Assembly (NCBI GenBank): GCA_052327205.1
Contig: CM126228.1
Coordinates: 20,150,001-20,214,000 of the forward strand
Direction of reading: 5' to 3'
Origin: Somniosus microcephalus
Lineage: Eukaryota
DNA: 64,000 bases
Of the stretch, positions 8,952 through 21,091 are shown piece by piece (position 1 is the stretch's first letter; every line of letters begins with the position of its first letter). The translations under genes and the position numbers were made by a program. A model generated the notes under the pieces. It had not been told where the DNA came from. It ran no database searches and was given only the letters and a program-made list of their open reading frames with translations.

Positions 8952-11900
8952 CCCTCAATAGTCTCGCCCCTCCCTATATCTGTAACCTCCTCCAGCCCTA
9001 CAACCCTCCGAGATCTCTACGCTCCTCCAACACTGGCCTCTGGTGCATCCCCTACTTTCTTTGCCATACCTTTGGCAGCCGTTTAGGGCTGAAGCTCTGG
9101 AATTCCCTCCCAAAACCTCTTTGCCTCTCTACCTCCCCCTCCTCCTTTAAGATGCTGCTTAAAATTTACATCTTTGACTAAGCATTTGGTAACCTGCCCT
9201 AGTGTCTCATTTGGTTCTGTGTCAATTTATGTCTGACTACACTCCTGTGAAGCACCTTGGGACATCTTACTACGTTAAAGGTGCTATATAAATGCAAGTT
9301 GTTGCTGATTTACTGAATGAAAAGCAAAGTTACAGTCACACTGAAAGAACTTCAGATAACCTGGCTCCAACCACTCACTCACTGTTCATATGCGCTATTT
9401 AAAAAAGGCAGTACTGCACACTGTAACCTTAACCACAAACTGCCGTCTGACACCCAACACTGTGGCTTTAGTGTTGATTTTTCAGAGCAGTCAGTACCCT
9501 GTCTATTCAAGAATTGAATCAACCTGAAAGGTGATCCTGTTCCTTTTAAACATAAGGGCTGTGAAAATCTGGCAGCCTGGGAGGGTGGTTTTGCAGCACA
9601 ATATCTGCGGAGAGGAGAGGTGTGGCTTTGGGATGGAAACCTGACCTGGCATGGCGCTATTGCTTTTCAGTCCCGTTGAAAATCCCAGCCTTTTTGGGGC
9701 AAGCCGATAACACGCCTGCCCAAAAATGGGTGGCCATATTATATTCTAACTTAAATAGAAATATGTCATATGAAATATTTCCCTCATTTACACCCTTAGC
9801 AACACTGGATGCCAGGGACGCCCATGAGTCCCGAAGATCAGGCATTGTTCAGGCCATGGGTTTGAGGGGAGCGATTCTACAGTCACAGCCAGTTTTGGGA
9901 GTGCTACGCATCTCTCCCTCACGGGCATGGGCAACGCCTAAGATTTGGCCTGGCACATGCCCATTTTTTGTTGTTGCTGGGATCAGAAAATCAGGCCCTC
10001 ATGGTGTGCTCGATGATAATCAATTTCACCTTAGCACCATCAGCATTAAATATAAGGTACATGACTCCGGTAATTGTGTGATACAGATCAGCCCTCGCTT
10101 AATCACATGTTTCCTGAACAATGGAAACTTGCTGTGGGGTGAAAGTTGGGTCTTAGCGTTATAGTACTGAAGATGTGTGTTTGTCGTTAATCTCATTGCC
10201 AACGTAATCGCTGAAGATCACAGTGCACCATATTTCAGGTGTAACCCAAATCTACAATGTTCAATGTCCTTCTCCTACATTTTCATACTCCATTCTTTTT
10301 ATACCATTCAATACTATCTTATGCTGGGCTCCTGATCTTTTGTAAACAATGGCAAATAAATACACAGCAAAATGTTTAAATCAATTGCAACCCATTTATT
10401 TCATTCATTGTATGTGACATCTAACCAACTGCTGGTTCTCTTTTGCAAGGATTATGTATGCTGGCGGCTGTAAGATTACACCGGCCGTCTGCTGGGATTC
10501 TGGCCCCTTTGGCTTAACGTTGTGAGGGCTCTCTGCTTGTTAGCTATGTCCCAAGACTGATTGGTGCTGCTGGCTTCCTGCTGCCACCTCCCATGCCTGC
10601 TGTACCTGAGGCTTATAAAGGGCCAGCCAATAAGGAGTCCCTGATTCCTTGCAATGGGGTTTCCAGTCCCTAGACTGTAAAACTGGCTAAGCACACTCTA
10701 ACATCCCATTCTTAAGCAAAATTTTGCTCAATTAACAGCTATCTTGGACTTTCAGCTTTAAATGCCTCCAAATTTCAGTTCAAAGCTGACTGTAGCTTTT
10801 TTTTTTCATTGGTTGCCCTGCTGTGCAGGAGTTAAAGTTAACCTTTTGGCCCTAGTAGTAAACATTGTGTGTTAAGAAGGTTTCTTTGTAACCTTCAACA
10901 GTAACCCTCAGTTAACTCCTCAATGGAAACCTGTTGCAAACACCCCAACACAAGTGGTTCCCCCATAGCGTTGTGTGTCTGTGCTGCTTGCTAGCAGTTT
11001 GTAAACCTCGATTCATAATGGCAGATCTCTAAAGCACCTCATTAAATTACTACCAGCACTATGAAATAAATACTGCACCAGCAGCAATCCAGACTGCAAT
11101 TCCTTGGTATAATGTACCCGGTTGTAATGAATCCCCATCTACAAGGAACAGTTTGAAATATCCTGATTCAAATGTGTTATAATTCTATAATAATATAATA
11201 TCGCTTGAACAAATGATTCAAATGTATGTCAGCAGGTTCATTGTATAATTTGGAAAATTACACTGCTCAATCTCCGGAGAGATCCTCCACCAGCTGTATT
11301 GTCTGCTTCCTGGCTGCTCGTCCTCCATGGATTGCAGTGATTGCACCTCCATGATATGGGAACAAACCAGTCCTGTGAACACAGATAACTTATCCTGTGT
11401 TCCAGCATCTCATTAGGTTCTGCTAGCGAGAGAGAGCGTCAGACCTCCAACATAACCCCCCCCCCCCCCCACCCCACCTTCCTCCAGGGCTTTGTCAGAA
11501 TTCACTTTGTTAAAGGTCACCCTGCTTTTGAACAAGACCCCGATATAAAATGCACTTTTAGCACTGGGGAAATTGGCGCTCATTACATGTGGGGTCCGCT
11601 ATAATGGGAAAACTGAAGGAAGGTTTTCCTTCAGTGAACAGTTGCACTGCTTCTTTGCTAGATACACCACAACGGTGTGCTACTGGAGTAGGAGGAAAAG
11701 CTGGTCGCACCTTCTTGCCCACAGATGTACACCTTCTGTCAGCAGCTCCTGATGTGGAATTACCAGTAATGCGGAGAAACAGTTCAGACAGCTTCGCCTT
11801 GTGAAGTGCGGTGACAGGACGCGGCAGTCGGGGCGGAGGAGAGTCTAGATTTTTCTTTGAAAGACAAAGTGAATGTGCCGCTTTAGTTTTTTTTATATAA

Positions 11901-12467
11901 GTCATAAATTAAATAGAGCAAAAATATTTGTTTTCAAACACTAATCTTTGATTTGTAAGCTAGGAACAATGAACGGTTACATCTGGGCAGCTGATGTGGC
12001 CATGAAGTCAAAGCAATATTTGAACTGGGGAAGTAAAGCTAGGACCACCCGCATTTTGAAGACAAGACTGAATAAGACAAAAAAAAACAAGTTTGTTGGG
12101 AAACAGCATTTGAGTCATTATTATGGCTCGCACTGTGTTAAACAAAGCTTGTAGGTGCAACTTCCATCCACCGCAGGATAAAGACAACTGTGGTACTCAA
12201 CTTGAGCCCAATGATAGCTACCCAATTAAACACAATATGGGTACAAGGTAGAAAAGCACTGAAGCTGCATGTAAATCAGGAACAAATGTGGCTTATGTTG
12301 TATCCAGTACCACTGACTTTATCCCCCAACCAGATGATTATAGGTTTGACTACCATTTAGTTGTCTACCAATCAACTACGCCTGCCAATGTTGGATCAGA
12401 TTATGTCATTTGCTGAAGTGTCTCATGGTGGTTCAGTGTTATATGGTGGTTCAGTGTTATATGGTGC

Positions 12468-12935
12468 GTCAGTTGTGGCTCAGTTAGAAAGCACACTCGC
12501 GTCTGAGTCAGAAGGTTGTGGGTTCAAAGCCCCGCTCCAGTGACTTGAGCACATAAAGCTAGGCTGACGCTCCAGTGCAGTGCTGAGGGAGTGCTGCACT
12601 GTCGAAGGTGCCGTCTTTCAGATGAGATGTTAAACTGAGGCCCCGTCTGCTCTCAGGTGGACGTAAAAGATCCCATGGCACTATTTCGAAGAAGAGTAGG
12701 GGAGTTATCCCCGGTGTCTTGGGGCCAATATTTATCCTTCAACCAACATCACAAAACCGATTATCTGGTCATTATCACATTGCTGTTTGTGGGAGCTTGC
12801 TGTGCACAAATTGGCTGCCACATTTCCCACATTACAACAGTGACTCCACTTCAAAAGTACTTCATTGGCTGTAAAGCGCTTTGAGACGTCCGGTGGTCGT
12901 GAAAGGCGCTATATAAATGCAAGTCTTTCTTTCTT
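12468..12935 (+). mobile_element. tRNA-derived Deu-domain SINE (SacSINE1-like) with L2-type tail
   Basis: A-box TGGCTCAGTTAG, B-box GGTTCAAAGCCC, Deu domain GTGCCGTCTTTCAGATGAGATGTTAAAC...AAAGATCCCATGGCACT, tail GGCGCTATATAAATGCAAGTCTTTCTTT. Confidence 0.9.
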
Positions 12936-13614
12936 TATACCTCAAGGAGGGAAGGAACTGCAATAGCTCATTAATTATGCAATGCCATTAACAGGTAAGG
13001 TGACCTTTCAGAATATAAAATAAACTACACAAGGGCGGAAGGCATTTACCTGGGTCCACAGCTTTTCCAGCCATCAGAAATACATTCTCCTCCAATGTCC
13101 CAACTGGTGCTGCTACTCCTTGGTGGCCATAAATTCATCTACTAGTGATTGAAGCCAATCCCTACACTAGACTACACACAGGCAGGGATGGAATACAAAG
13201 GTTGCCACTCCCTCCCTATCCACTGAGCCCTGCTGGAAGTGACCATGTGTGGACATTGGCCGAGGACAATGCGATGCCCCCACAGTCAAACAGCCTACTG
13301 ACACACAGAAATAACAGCCACTTAAGTTAAATAGCCCTGCGGGAGTCAATACCTCCAGGAAAGAAGAGGGGAGGAAATAAAAAGTGGGACGGAGTGGATA
13401 GGGAGGAATGTTGATAAATAAAGGCACCATATCGGAATGCCTCAAAATGATGGGATGCAGGTTTACACACCGCCTTCCAATTCCCTATATGATGAGGACC
13501 TGACGTTGGCTCAGCCATTTTATAAATGGCTCAACCACAGAGATGCTTTCCTATGAGTGAGTCACTCCAGTCCTTCCCAATGTCATTCCTCACAAAATAC
13601 CACTCTTAGCCCAT

Positions 13615-13840
13615 AGAATTAGAATGTGCATGCCGGTGTTCATGCTCCACACGAGCCTCCTCCCACCTTACTTCATCTCATCTTATCAACATCTCCTTCT
13701 ATTCCTTTCTCCCTCATTTGCTTATCCAGCTTCCACTTAAATCCATCTGTGCTATTCGCCTCCTTGTGGCAGCGAGTTCCGCATTCTAATCACTCTCTGG
13801 GTAAATAAGTTTCTCCCGAATTCCCTATTGGATTTATTAG
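13615..13840 (-). mobile_element. Degenerate CR1-like 3' end
   Basis: Minus strand reads TTTACCCAGAGAGTGATTAGAATGCGGAACTCGCTGCCACAAG (FTQRVIRMxNSLP) and ends in an ATTCTAATTCTATG-type tail. Confidence 0.7.
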
Positions 13841-13939
13841 TCCAGTCACATTCTCAATGCCATGGCGGCCCTGAGGGAGTGCTTCAAGTCATAGCACAGT
13901 ACAGGCATAAGTGGACAGTCACTACATTAACACAATAGC

Positions 13940-14375
13940 GTCAATAAGCCTCTTGAGGCCCTCAGAGCCAAGTATCAACTTAATGAGGGCAACCTTTTCC
14001 GGTACCTGCAAATCCGAACATTCCTGTCCAATCACACCAACTTGCATAGAGAAGCTGTTCACAAACGTGAAGAGCTATCTATTCTAGACACAAAAACATG
14101 GCAAAATAAATTTCATGGAAATAAGAGCACCTCAGCAAAGTGAGCCCGAGGAAGAGATTTCCAAAGAATGCTAATTGATGGTGAGTAGGAATCCATCTGT
14201 GAGCGTGGTCTCAACTGCAGCAAGATAAATTAAAATAAACTCTTGCTCATGCCACACCTCTTCCTGCTCATACATGTGGAACCCTAAAGTGCTGGGGGAA
14301 TGCCTCGGGGGCTGTGGTGAGGAGGGTACAATCCTGCACATCTGGATGATCCCAAAACCCCAATCCTACTAACCC
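13940..14375 (+). mobile_element. Degenerate L1-clade ORF2 C-terminal remnant
   Basis: Translates in part to EALRAKYQLNEGNLFRYLQIRTFL, and later C..GCGEEGTILHIW..PK (FRYLQ motif and CCHC knuckle region of fish-type L1 ORF2). Confidence 0.65.
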
Positions 14376-15361
14376 AGTGGGCCACAGGAAATGTAGTAAT
14401 GACTCAGCCCCACATTGAGCAGGTCCCAGAGTTCTCCATTGTTATCTCCATAGACCCCAACATAGGCACATGTCTGGGCCTGCTCCTAACTGGAAGCCAG
14501 CTATCTGGCCGTCTGTTTGTCTGTCTATCTGCATGTTAGAAGGTCTGTCAGATCAGACTGGAGTGACTCACTCATAGGAAAGCATCTCTGTGGTTGAGCC
14601 ATTTATAAAATGGCTGAGCCAAGGTCAGGTCCTCATCACATAGGGAATTGGAAGGCGGTGTGTAAACCTGCATCCCATCATTTTGTGGCATTCTGATATG
14701 ATGCCTTTATTTATCAACATTCCTCCCTATCCACTCCGTTCCACTTTTTATTTCCTCCCCTCTTCTTTCCTGGAGGTATTGACTCCCGCAGGGCTATTTA
14801 ACTTAAGTGGCTGTTATTTGAGTGTCAGCAGGCTGTTTGACTGTGGGGGCATCACATTGTCCTCAGCCAATGTCCACACGGTCACTTCCAGCAGGGCTCA
14901 GTGGATAGCAACCTGGAGTGGGCACCATGGCTGCCCCCCACCCCACCCCCCTCTTCCATATCTACTACTCCGGGATATCGAGGCCAATTGTGATGCCCCC
15001 CAGTGACACCCCAGCTGAAATCAGCCAACAGCACAGATTGGTGCCAGCTTTTATTTGTATGATTGAAACAGAGCACAGAGGAAATGCTTTTCCATCCGAG
15101 CACTGTACTCTCAGGATTTTAGAACATTCATGTTGTAGTGTTTGTGGGGAAGCTGTAAAGTGCTGTTTCACAGTGTAAAAAGAAAGCCCACTATATCAGT
15201 TTTCACACATCACTTCACAAATCACATTGAATCTATAATTATCAACCTGTGGTTGGCTAGAGGTTTAGAAAGATCAATATGCATTAACCTTTATAATAGT
15301 TCTGTCATTCAGGGTGCATTTACACACCAACCTTGGAGTCACTCAAAAGAACGTTGACAGG

Positions 15362-16577
15362 AATAAAAACAGAAAATGCTGGGAATACTCAACAGGTCAG
15401 ACCACCTCAGAAGGCCATGTCAACCACGGTAGAGGGGAATCCTTGGTTGAGGAAAATGGAAGACACTAGTGTGGAAGCTGGCATCGTCAGAACAGGCCCG
15501 CAACCATGTCCATTCCATTTCCCGCACTTCTGCTCTCACCCCTTTCCCTCCCTCCCAGAACCATAATAGGGTTCCCCTTGTCCTCACCTTTCACCCCACC
15601 AGACTTCACATTCAACGGATCATCCTCCGCCATTTCTGCCCCCTCCAGTGTGATCCCACCACCAAACACATCTTGCCCTCCCCTCCCTTTTCAGCATTCC
15701 GAGGGGACTGCTCATTCTGCGACACCCTGCTCCACTCCTCAATCACCCCCAACAACCCCTCCCCTTCCCACGGCACCTTTCTGTGCAAGTGCAGGAATGT
15801 AACCCCTGCCCTTTTACCTCCTCCATTCCCAGGGCCCCAAACACCCCTTCCAGGTGAAACAGCGATTTACTTGTACTTCTTGCAATTTAGTATACTGTAT
15901 TCACTGCTCACGATGCGGTCTCCTCTACATTGGGGAGACCAAATGCAGATGGGGTGACCGCTTTGCGGAACACCTCCGTTCAGTCCGCAAACCTGACCCT
16001 GAGCTTCCGGTCACCTGTCACTTTAATTCACTGGACCACTCCCACTCTGACCTCTCTGTCCTCGGCCTCTTACACTGTTCCAACAAAGCTCAACGTAAGC
16101 TCGAGGAACAGCACCTCCGCTTTCGATTAGGCACTTTACGCCCTTCTGGACTCAACATAGAGTTCAACAATTTCAGACCATAACTTTTGCCCCTATTTTT
16201 TCAGATGGCAGCTGTTGCTGATGATTCTGCTGTTCCCATTTACACCTCCTCTAGACCCATCTTTTGCTTCTTTACTTGTCCCATTACCATCTCCTTTTGC
16301 TTTGTACAATCATCCCTTTTGTCATTTAATCTCTCCTGCCTTCCATCCTATCACAGACCTCCCCTTTTGTTCTTTCCTCCCCTCCCCCCTTTCCCTGCCC
16401 CTGCACTTGTTTAAAGTATGTTGCATCTCTAACTTTTTCCAGTTCTGACGGAGGGTCATCGACCTGAAGCGTTAACTCTGCTTCTCTCTCCACAGGTGCT
16501 ACCTGACCTGCTGAGTATTTCCAGCATTTTCTGTATTTTATTTCAAATTTCCAGCATCTGCAGTAGCCTGCTTTTGT
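15362..16577 (+). mobile_element. 5'-truncated, 5'-inverted Penelope-like retroelement (family A)
   Basis: GIY-YIG ORF, RT-linker remnant (RVPLVLTFHP..LHIQRIILRHF..LQ.DPTTKHI), pLTR with hammerhead motif at 16440-16478, inverted pLTR piece at 15362-15403, 14-bp TSD AGAA(C/T)GTTGACAGG (15348-15361 / 16578-16591). Confidence 0.93.
15854..16183 (+). pseudogene. GIY-YIG endonuclease domain of the Penelope-like element (frameshifted from the upstream linker)
   Basis: KQRFTCTSCNLVYCIHCSRCGLLYIGETKCRWGDRFAEHLRSVR...HFNS..HS..DL.V.GL...R...E...L.FRLGTL.P.GLN: NLVY/YIGET motifs, catalytic R/E and GLN terminus. Confidence 0.92.
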
Positions 16578-19169
16578 AGAATGTTGACAGGGACTGATAT
16601 AGCGATCTCAGAACCATCGCACCATAGCTGCGAAAGTGAAGCTCCCAGTAGCTGGGGGATTCATAACTGAACTACAGACCCTCGACTGTAATATAAATAT
16701 GGCCTTCAGCAGTTCAGGTTGAACAGCGCAGAGCGAGGGTATGCCTGGAACTTTCTCACTGAGGTAAATTGTTTTGTTTTTTATTCATGAAATTTCCAAT
16801 TGAATGTCCCTCTTAGGAATAACGTATGAAAGTCTTTTCATGCTTTGTAAATGTTACAATCTGCACACGTACTCATGCGCTCTGAGTTTCATGGTGTCAC
16901 TGTACATATATACATGGTATGATGACATCAACAAGCTTCTGCCCACTTTTGAAACTGGGGAAGTAAGTTTGGAAGAGCTAGTTAAGTCAGCTCTCCAGTG
17001 AATTCGAGAGCAATTCTCTTTCAGCTTGCTTGGTGAAGTATAAGGGTACCTTAAGTTGCGTTTTTATTCTTTGTTATTCTCACTTCATCTAAAAGTTCTT
17101 GGATTCAAAAGAGGTGTATCTTATGCTAATAAATATCACTTTCTCCACTGTTCTTATCCTGGCGAGCACTGAGCTAATATATACCTCCATGTAAAGATTA
17201 GGTAATAAGGGTGAAATTTAAATTTCATGCTTGGTTTCATATGTCAGATCAAAGTAACCATCATTTACCTCACAGGGCCATAAGAAACCTGAATAGTTCA
17301 GACTTGCCTTTCTTTGTTCCTGGATTTACCTTCAGTGACTGATTTTCATAATTTCAAACAAAAGAATGTTTCCTGTTTGAAAAAAAGAGTAAATGGAAGG
17401 TCTTTTTTCTCTCTCTTCCTCCTCAACTTTTGCCCTCCGCCCCCCCACCCCACCCCACACCTCCCTTTCTCTCCAAAGGCACTGATGTCGTACTACAGTA
17501 TGGCCCCATGGACACCCGTCAATTCTGGTAGCTTGCTCAAGTGCCCATAAATCAAGTGTGAACTTTAACCGTGAGAGCAGGCACACTGTGAAGCCCAGGG
17601 GGCATCTCAGCCAATCCTATCCTCGCCTAAAGTCCACACTTGTTTGCTTCCAGCAGGGACCACTGGATAACAATTAGGAGTGGAACCTTGGCTTAATAAA
17701 CCTGGCTCTTTCCCGGCCTGTATGGCTTAGCCATTCACTGTGGGCGTAGTCGCTGTACAAAGCTATATGTGGGCCCCACAGCAAAATATTCAAATGGGAA
17801 TCGATCCAAGAGATGGGGCCCACCAGTGATGCAGCACTGGGACAGCATATTAGTAGGTATAAAATCTGCCTGTGCTGTAACCTCCTCCCGCAATGGACTG
17901 GCAAGGTGCTGCTCCTAAATCACACTGGGTCCCTGGGGCAGGTACATCAATAGCACTGGTACTGGTGTGCGCACCCGCCCCTATATTTAAATGACCCCGC
18001 CCCTGTGATTTGGAACAGGGTCATGCTGAGGTCAGACGGGTGGACAGGTGCCCATCCCAGCCGCACACTTCTGACAACACAATGGTGCTGCCAGAATTTC
18101 CAAAGTTGTCATTTGGCCCACAAGTTACCATTTTACTTGTATCATACATTTTAACCATTTAAATATTTCTAATATTCCAAAACTCTTATATCTTAACTTT
18201 TCAGCCTTCAGAGATCTGGTGACCAAGTCACATGTCGTCTTGTGAGCTAGTTTCACCTCCAAACTGATCTTTCGTCATGTTGAACTGTGATAAAAGGTGC
18301 ACCAGTCCATTTAATGGTCAGATACAGTTACTGCTGGGCAGAAGTCAGATTTAAAAAAATATCATTCTTGAATTCAGGCGCAGAACATATTATCACTGGA
18401 AAGCACATGTAGGTCCCCCTGACCAGCACTCATCTCCCCCATCACTTCATATCTTTTTTTACTGCACTAAAACATTTCTCAACTTTATCTGCAGGTACTT
18501 ACCTTGGACTGACATTTGGGGTTGGTTGTGTTGAGGGGCAGGGGAAAGAGAATAAATTTCACTGCTGTACCACCAATAGCCATAAGCACTGTAGTCATAA
18601 GAGTGTAACAATTAATATTTTTAGTTCATTTTGCTTCCAAAGAGAGAATTTGTCCCCTTCCTGGATTGATTCGTGCCAATGCTTGCTTCTATGACCTCTC
18701 TGGAGATTGATGAAATAAAAAACATTATTTATTTTATGGTGCAAAAAAGATTTAATTTAGAACCAAACACAAGGGCTAAAATGCATAGGTATTGGAGATT
18801 AGTCTGGCTGCTTCTTCCCATGGCTGTGAATCAGTGCAGAAGGAACATTGTGTAAATGCTTTGGTTATACTGTGCATGTTGATGTAGCATTCACATCCTG
18901 AATAGAGAGATTAAGATGTCTGTTAGAAAGGAATGAATGAGAATGTGAATGTGAAGGTTACTCATAGACACTTTTAATTGGAACATGTACACGGCTTAAT
19001 CCGTCTCATCTAAAGGCATAACGTCCCTTGTAGCAGATATATCATAGCGCTGACATCAGCAACTCTTAAAGATGTTGATTTCATATGTACCTATTTCCCT
19101 GAAATCATTTCCTCTTGGATCCTGGAGCAAATTCCATCCAGCACATAAGAACGCAAGATATGCTGAGCA

Positions 19170-19378
19170 GAAGATGTCCAAAGATGTGCGGGTTAGGTTG
19201 ATTGGCTATGATAAATTGACCCTTAGTGTTAGGGGGATTAAATACGTGGGGTTACGGGGATAGGGTGGGACATGTGTTGGTGTTGGTGTAGGGGTTACGG
19301 GGATCGGGGAGGATATGTGTCGGTCTCGATGGGCCGAAATGGCCTCTATCTGCACTGTGGGGTTTCTGTGATTGTGAT
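19170..19378 (+). mobile_element. Partial HE1-like V-SINE (end of V domain plus CR1-derived tail)
   Basis: TCCAAAGATGTGCGGGTTAGGTTGATTGGCTATGATAAATTGACCCTTAGTGT...GATGGGCCGAAATGGCCTC..TCTGCACTGT. Confidence 0.75.
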
Positions 19379-20237
19379 ATCTTCAGGATTGGGAAGAGGC
19401 CATTAGGCTCTTTCTGATATATTAAAAGAAAATCCATGGGAAGGAAGAGTATAACTGATTTAAAACTCTGTAGCACCTATGGCTGGATGAGATGTCCGCT
19501 GTCCCAAGCTATCGGACAAGGAGATGCTTTTCCCCCCTTCCCTCTGAGCCAGCAGCATGCTTCAAAGCTAACCTTCTCCCCCAACACATTCCCCAAAAAA
19601 TATACAGTACTATGTCTACCTAATGCCCCATCCCAAGAGAAAAACCTATACATAACTTGGAGTGTTCAACGGGTGAAATGGACTCTTGGATAGAGCCGTG
19701 GATTTGAGAACCAATTGGATGCTGCAAAGTGGGTATGGGGGCATTCTGGCTGGATGAACTAAGATGGGCCAAGTTACCTTCCTCATTCGTAATTACCTTA
19801 GGGTCTTGTGATCTGGCAAAAGAAGAAAAAGCGTGTCTGAAACCTGAAATCACACTCGGGTCTCGACACATTAGCAGCAACTCGCTGATTCATCATTTTC
19901 TGCTCAGCTTCTTGTGGCTTGTGGCCACGTCTACATTTTCTTATCCTTGAGCAGTACCGACTCCGCACACATTTAGATTGCTTTTAACAATAATGTGGAG
20001 CAGCATGTTTCAGAGATGGAGCATTTTCTCTGATACTCTGGATTATGGGAATATACCAGCACCATTGTGACATGACTGCCTCACCGCTATCTGAGCCCGC
20101 CTATGGCATTGTTTCTTTCTTGTAAGTCCATCTCGACAGCAGCTCTTATTTGAACTTTAAGAGGGTTTCCTTTTTCCATTAGTTTTTCACGTGTACAGTA
20201 GCAGTTTGAAGCAATGTCATCTTGTGTGAAAGAAAAG

Positions 20238-20426
20238 GCGGAGTCATTGAATATATTCAAGGCAGAGATAGACAGATATTTGAGCTACAGGGGAGTCAAG
20301 GGTTATGGGGAACGGGCAGGAAAGTGGAGTTGAGGCCAAGATCAGATCAGCCATGATCTTATTGAATGGCGGAGCAGGCTCGAGGGGCCGAATGGCCTAC
20401 TCCTGCTCCTATTTCTTATGTTCTTA
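20238..20426 (+). mobile_element. CR1 LINE 3' end
   Basis: Same 3'UTR and tail as 5389-5629 and 30560-30760. Confidence 0.88.
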
Positions 20427-21091
20427 ATTCCAATGAGACTTAGAGGGGTACATACCTAATAGGCATACATAAGATATCGTAACTCTATGCTTAACTCAGA
20501 GATTTACATACTGGTGTACATTTGCGTACTTCAGAGGAGGCCTTTACCGTTACTTGATAACTTCTGGATCAGCGACCTGAATTTGATTGAAGACCAGCTT
20601 GCCTTGTTTCACTGCCTCTCGGAGATCAGAGGTATGCTTCTCTCTGTGGGTAATTTACATCCCTTATTCTGGATATAGTATCAATTTATCACACAGCCTT
20701 TACAGTTGCAATAAATTATCTCCTTTGACCTAACAGCACAGGGCAGATCCAGAAAATTCAGTCACTAACTTCTGGGGAATTCCCAGAGGTTAATCTAGAT
20801 GGCAGTTCCTGGGAATCTTTGACATTTAACTGGTATCAAGGTCAGTGCAACTAATCAGGCAGCTATTAGCAGTATGGGCAAATAAACCTTTGGGGGTGCT
20901 GAGCCCACTAGCATTTTAATAATATTGCGTTTGAAATGATCCATTCTGAAATCTCTCACTTTTCAATAAGAACTCTTGACAATGTGTTTAAAGTTTCTGC
21001 TAGTGATAAAAATATTGTGTTCATACACACTGGCACGCCACAGTTTAATTGGGAAAGGACAAGAGGGAAAATATGCATTGAAAAATACTGT

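Larger units (their letters stand above)
7878..9305 (+). mobile_element. Degenerate L2-clade LINE 3' portion, interrupted by the LTR element at 8103-8951
   Basis: Remnant translation AAETxIHSFVTSRL...PVLTDLHWLPVDQHLDFKILILLLKSL | NSLAPPYICNLLQPYNPPRSLRSSNTGL is continuous across the insertion. Tail CTCCTGTGAAGCACCTTGGGAC...GCTATATAAATGCAAGTTGTTG. Confidence 0.85.
13216..14908. repeat. Long inverted repeat: arms 13216-13572 and 14556-14908, 983-bp spacer
   Basis: The arms are near-identical reverse complements (about 95% by eye). Mirrored ORFs 13167-13445(-) and 14683-15006(+) give nearly the same peptide. Confidence 0.93.

Noticed and set aside
9622-10164. 180-aa ORF
   Set aside because: Non-ATG start, no domain, and overlaps what looks like a decayed TIR-type repeat (about 9560-9950).
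12425-12466. Short direct repeats (also 1887-1955 and 23866-23909) considered as CRISPR-like
   Set aside because: Two to three adjacent units with no unique spacers, in vertebrate DNA; ordinary tandem duplications.
12468-12545. tRNA gene
   Set aside because: It is the tRNA-derived head of a SINE present in several copies; no complete cloverleaf.
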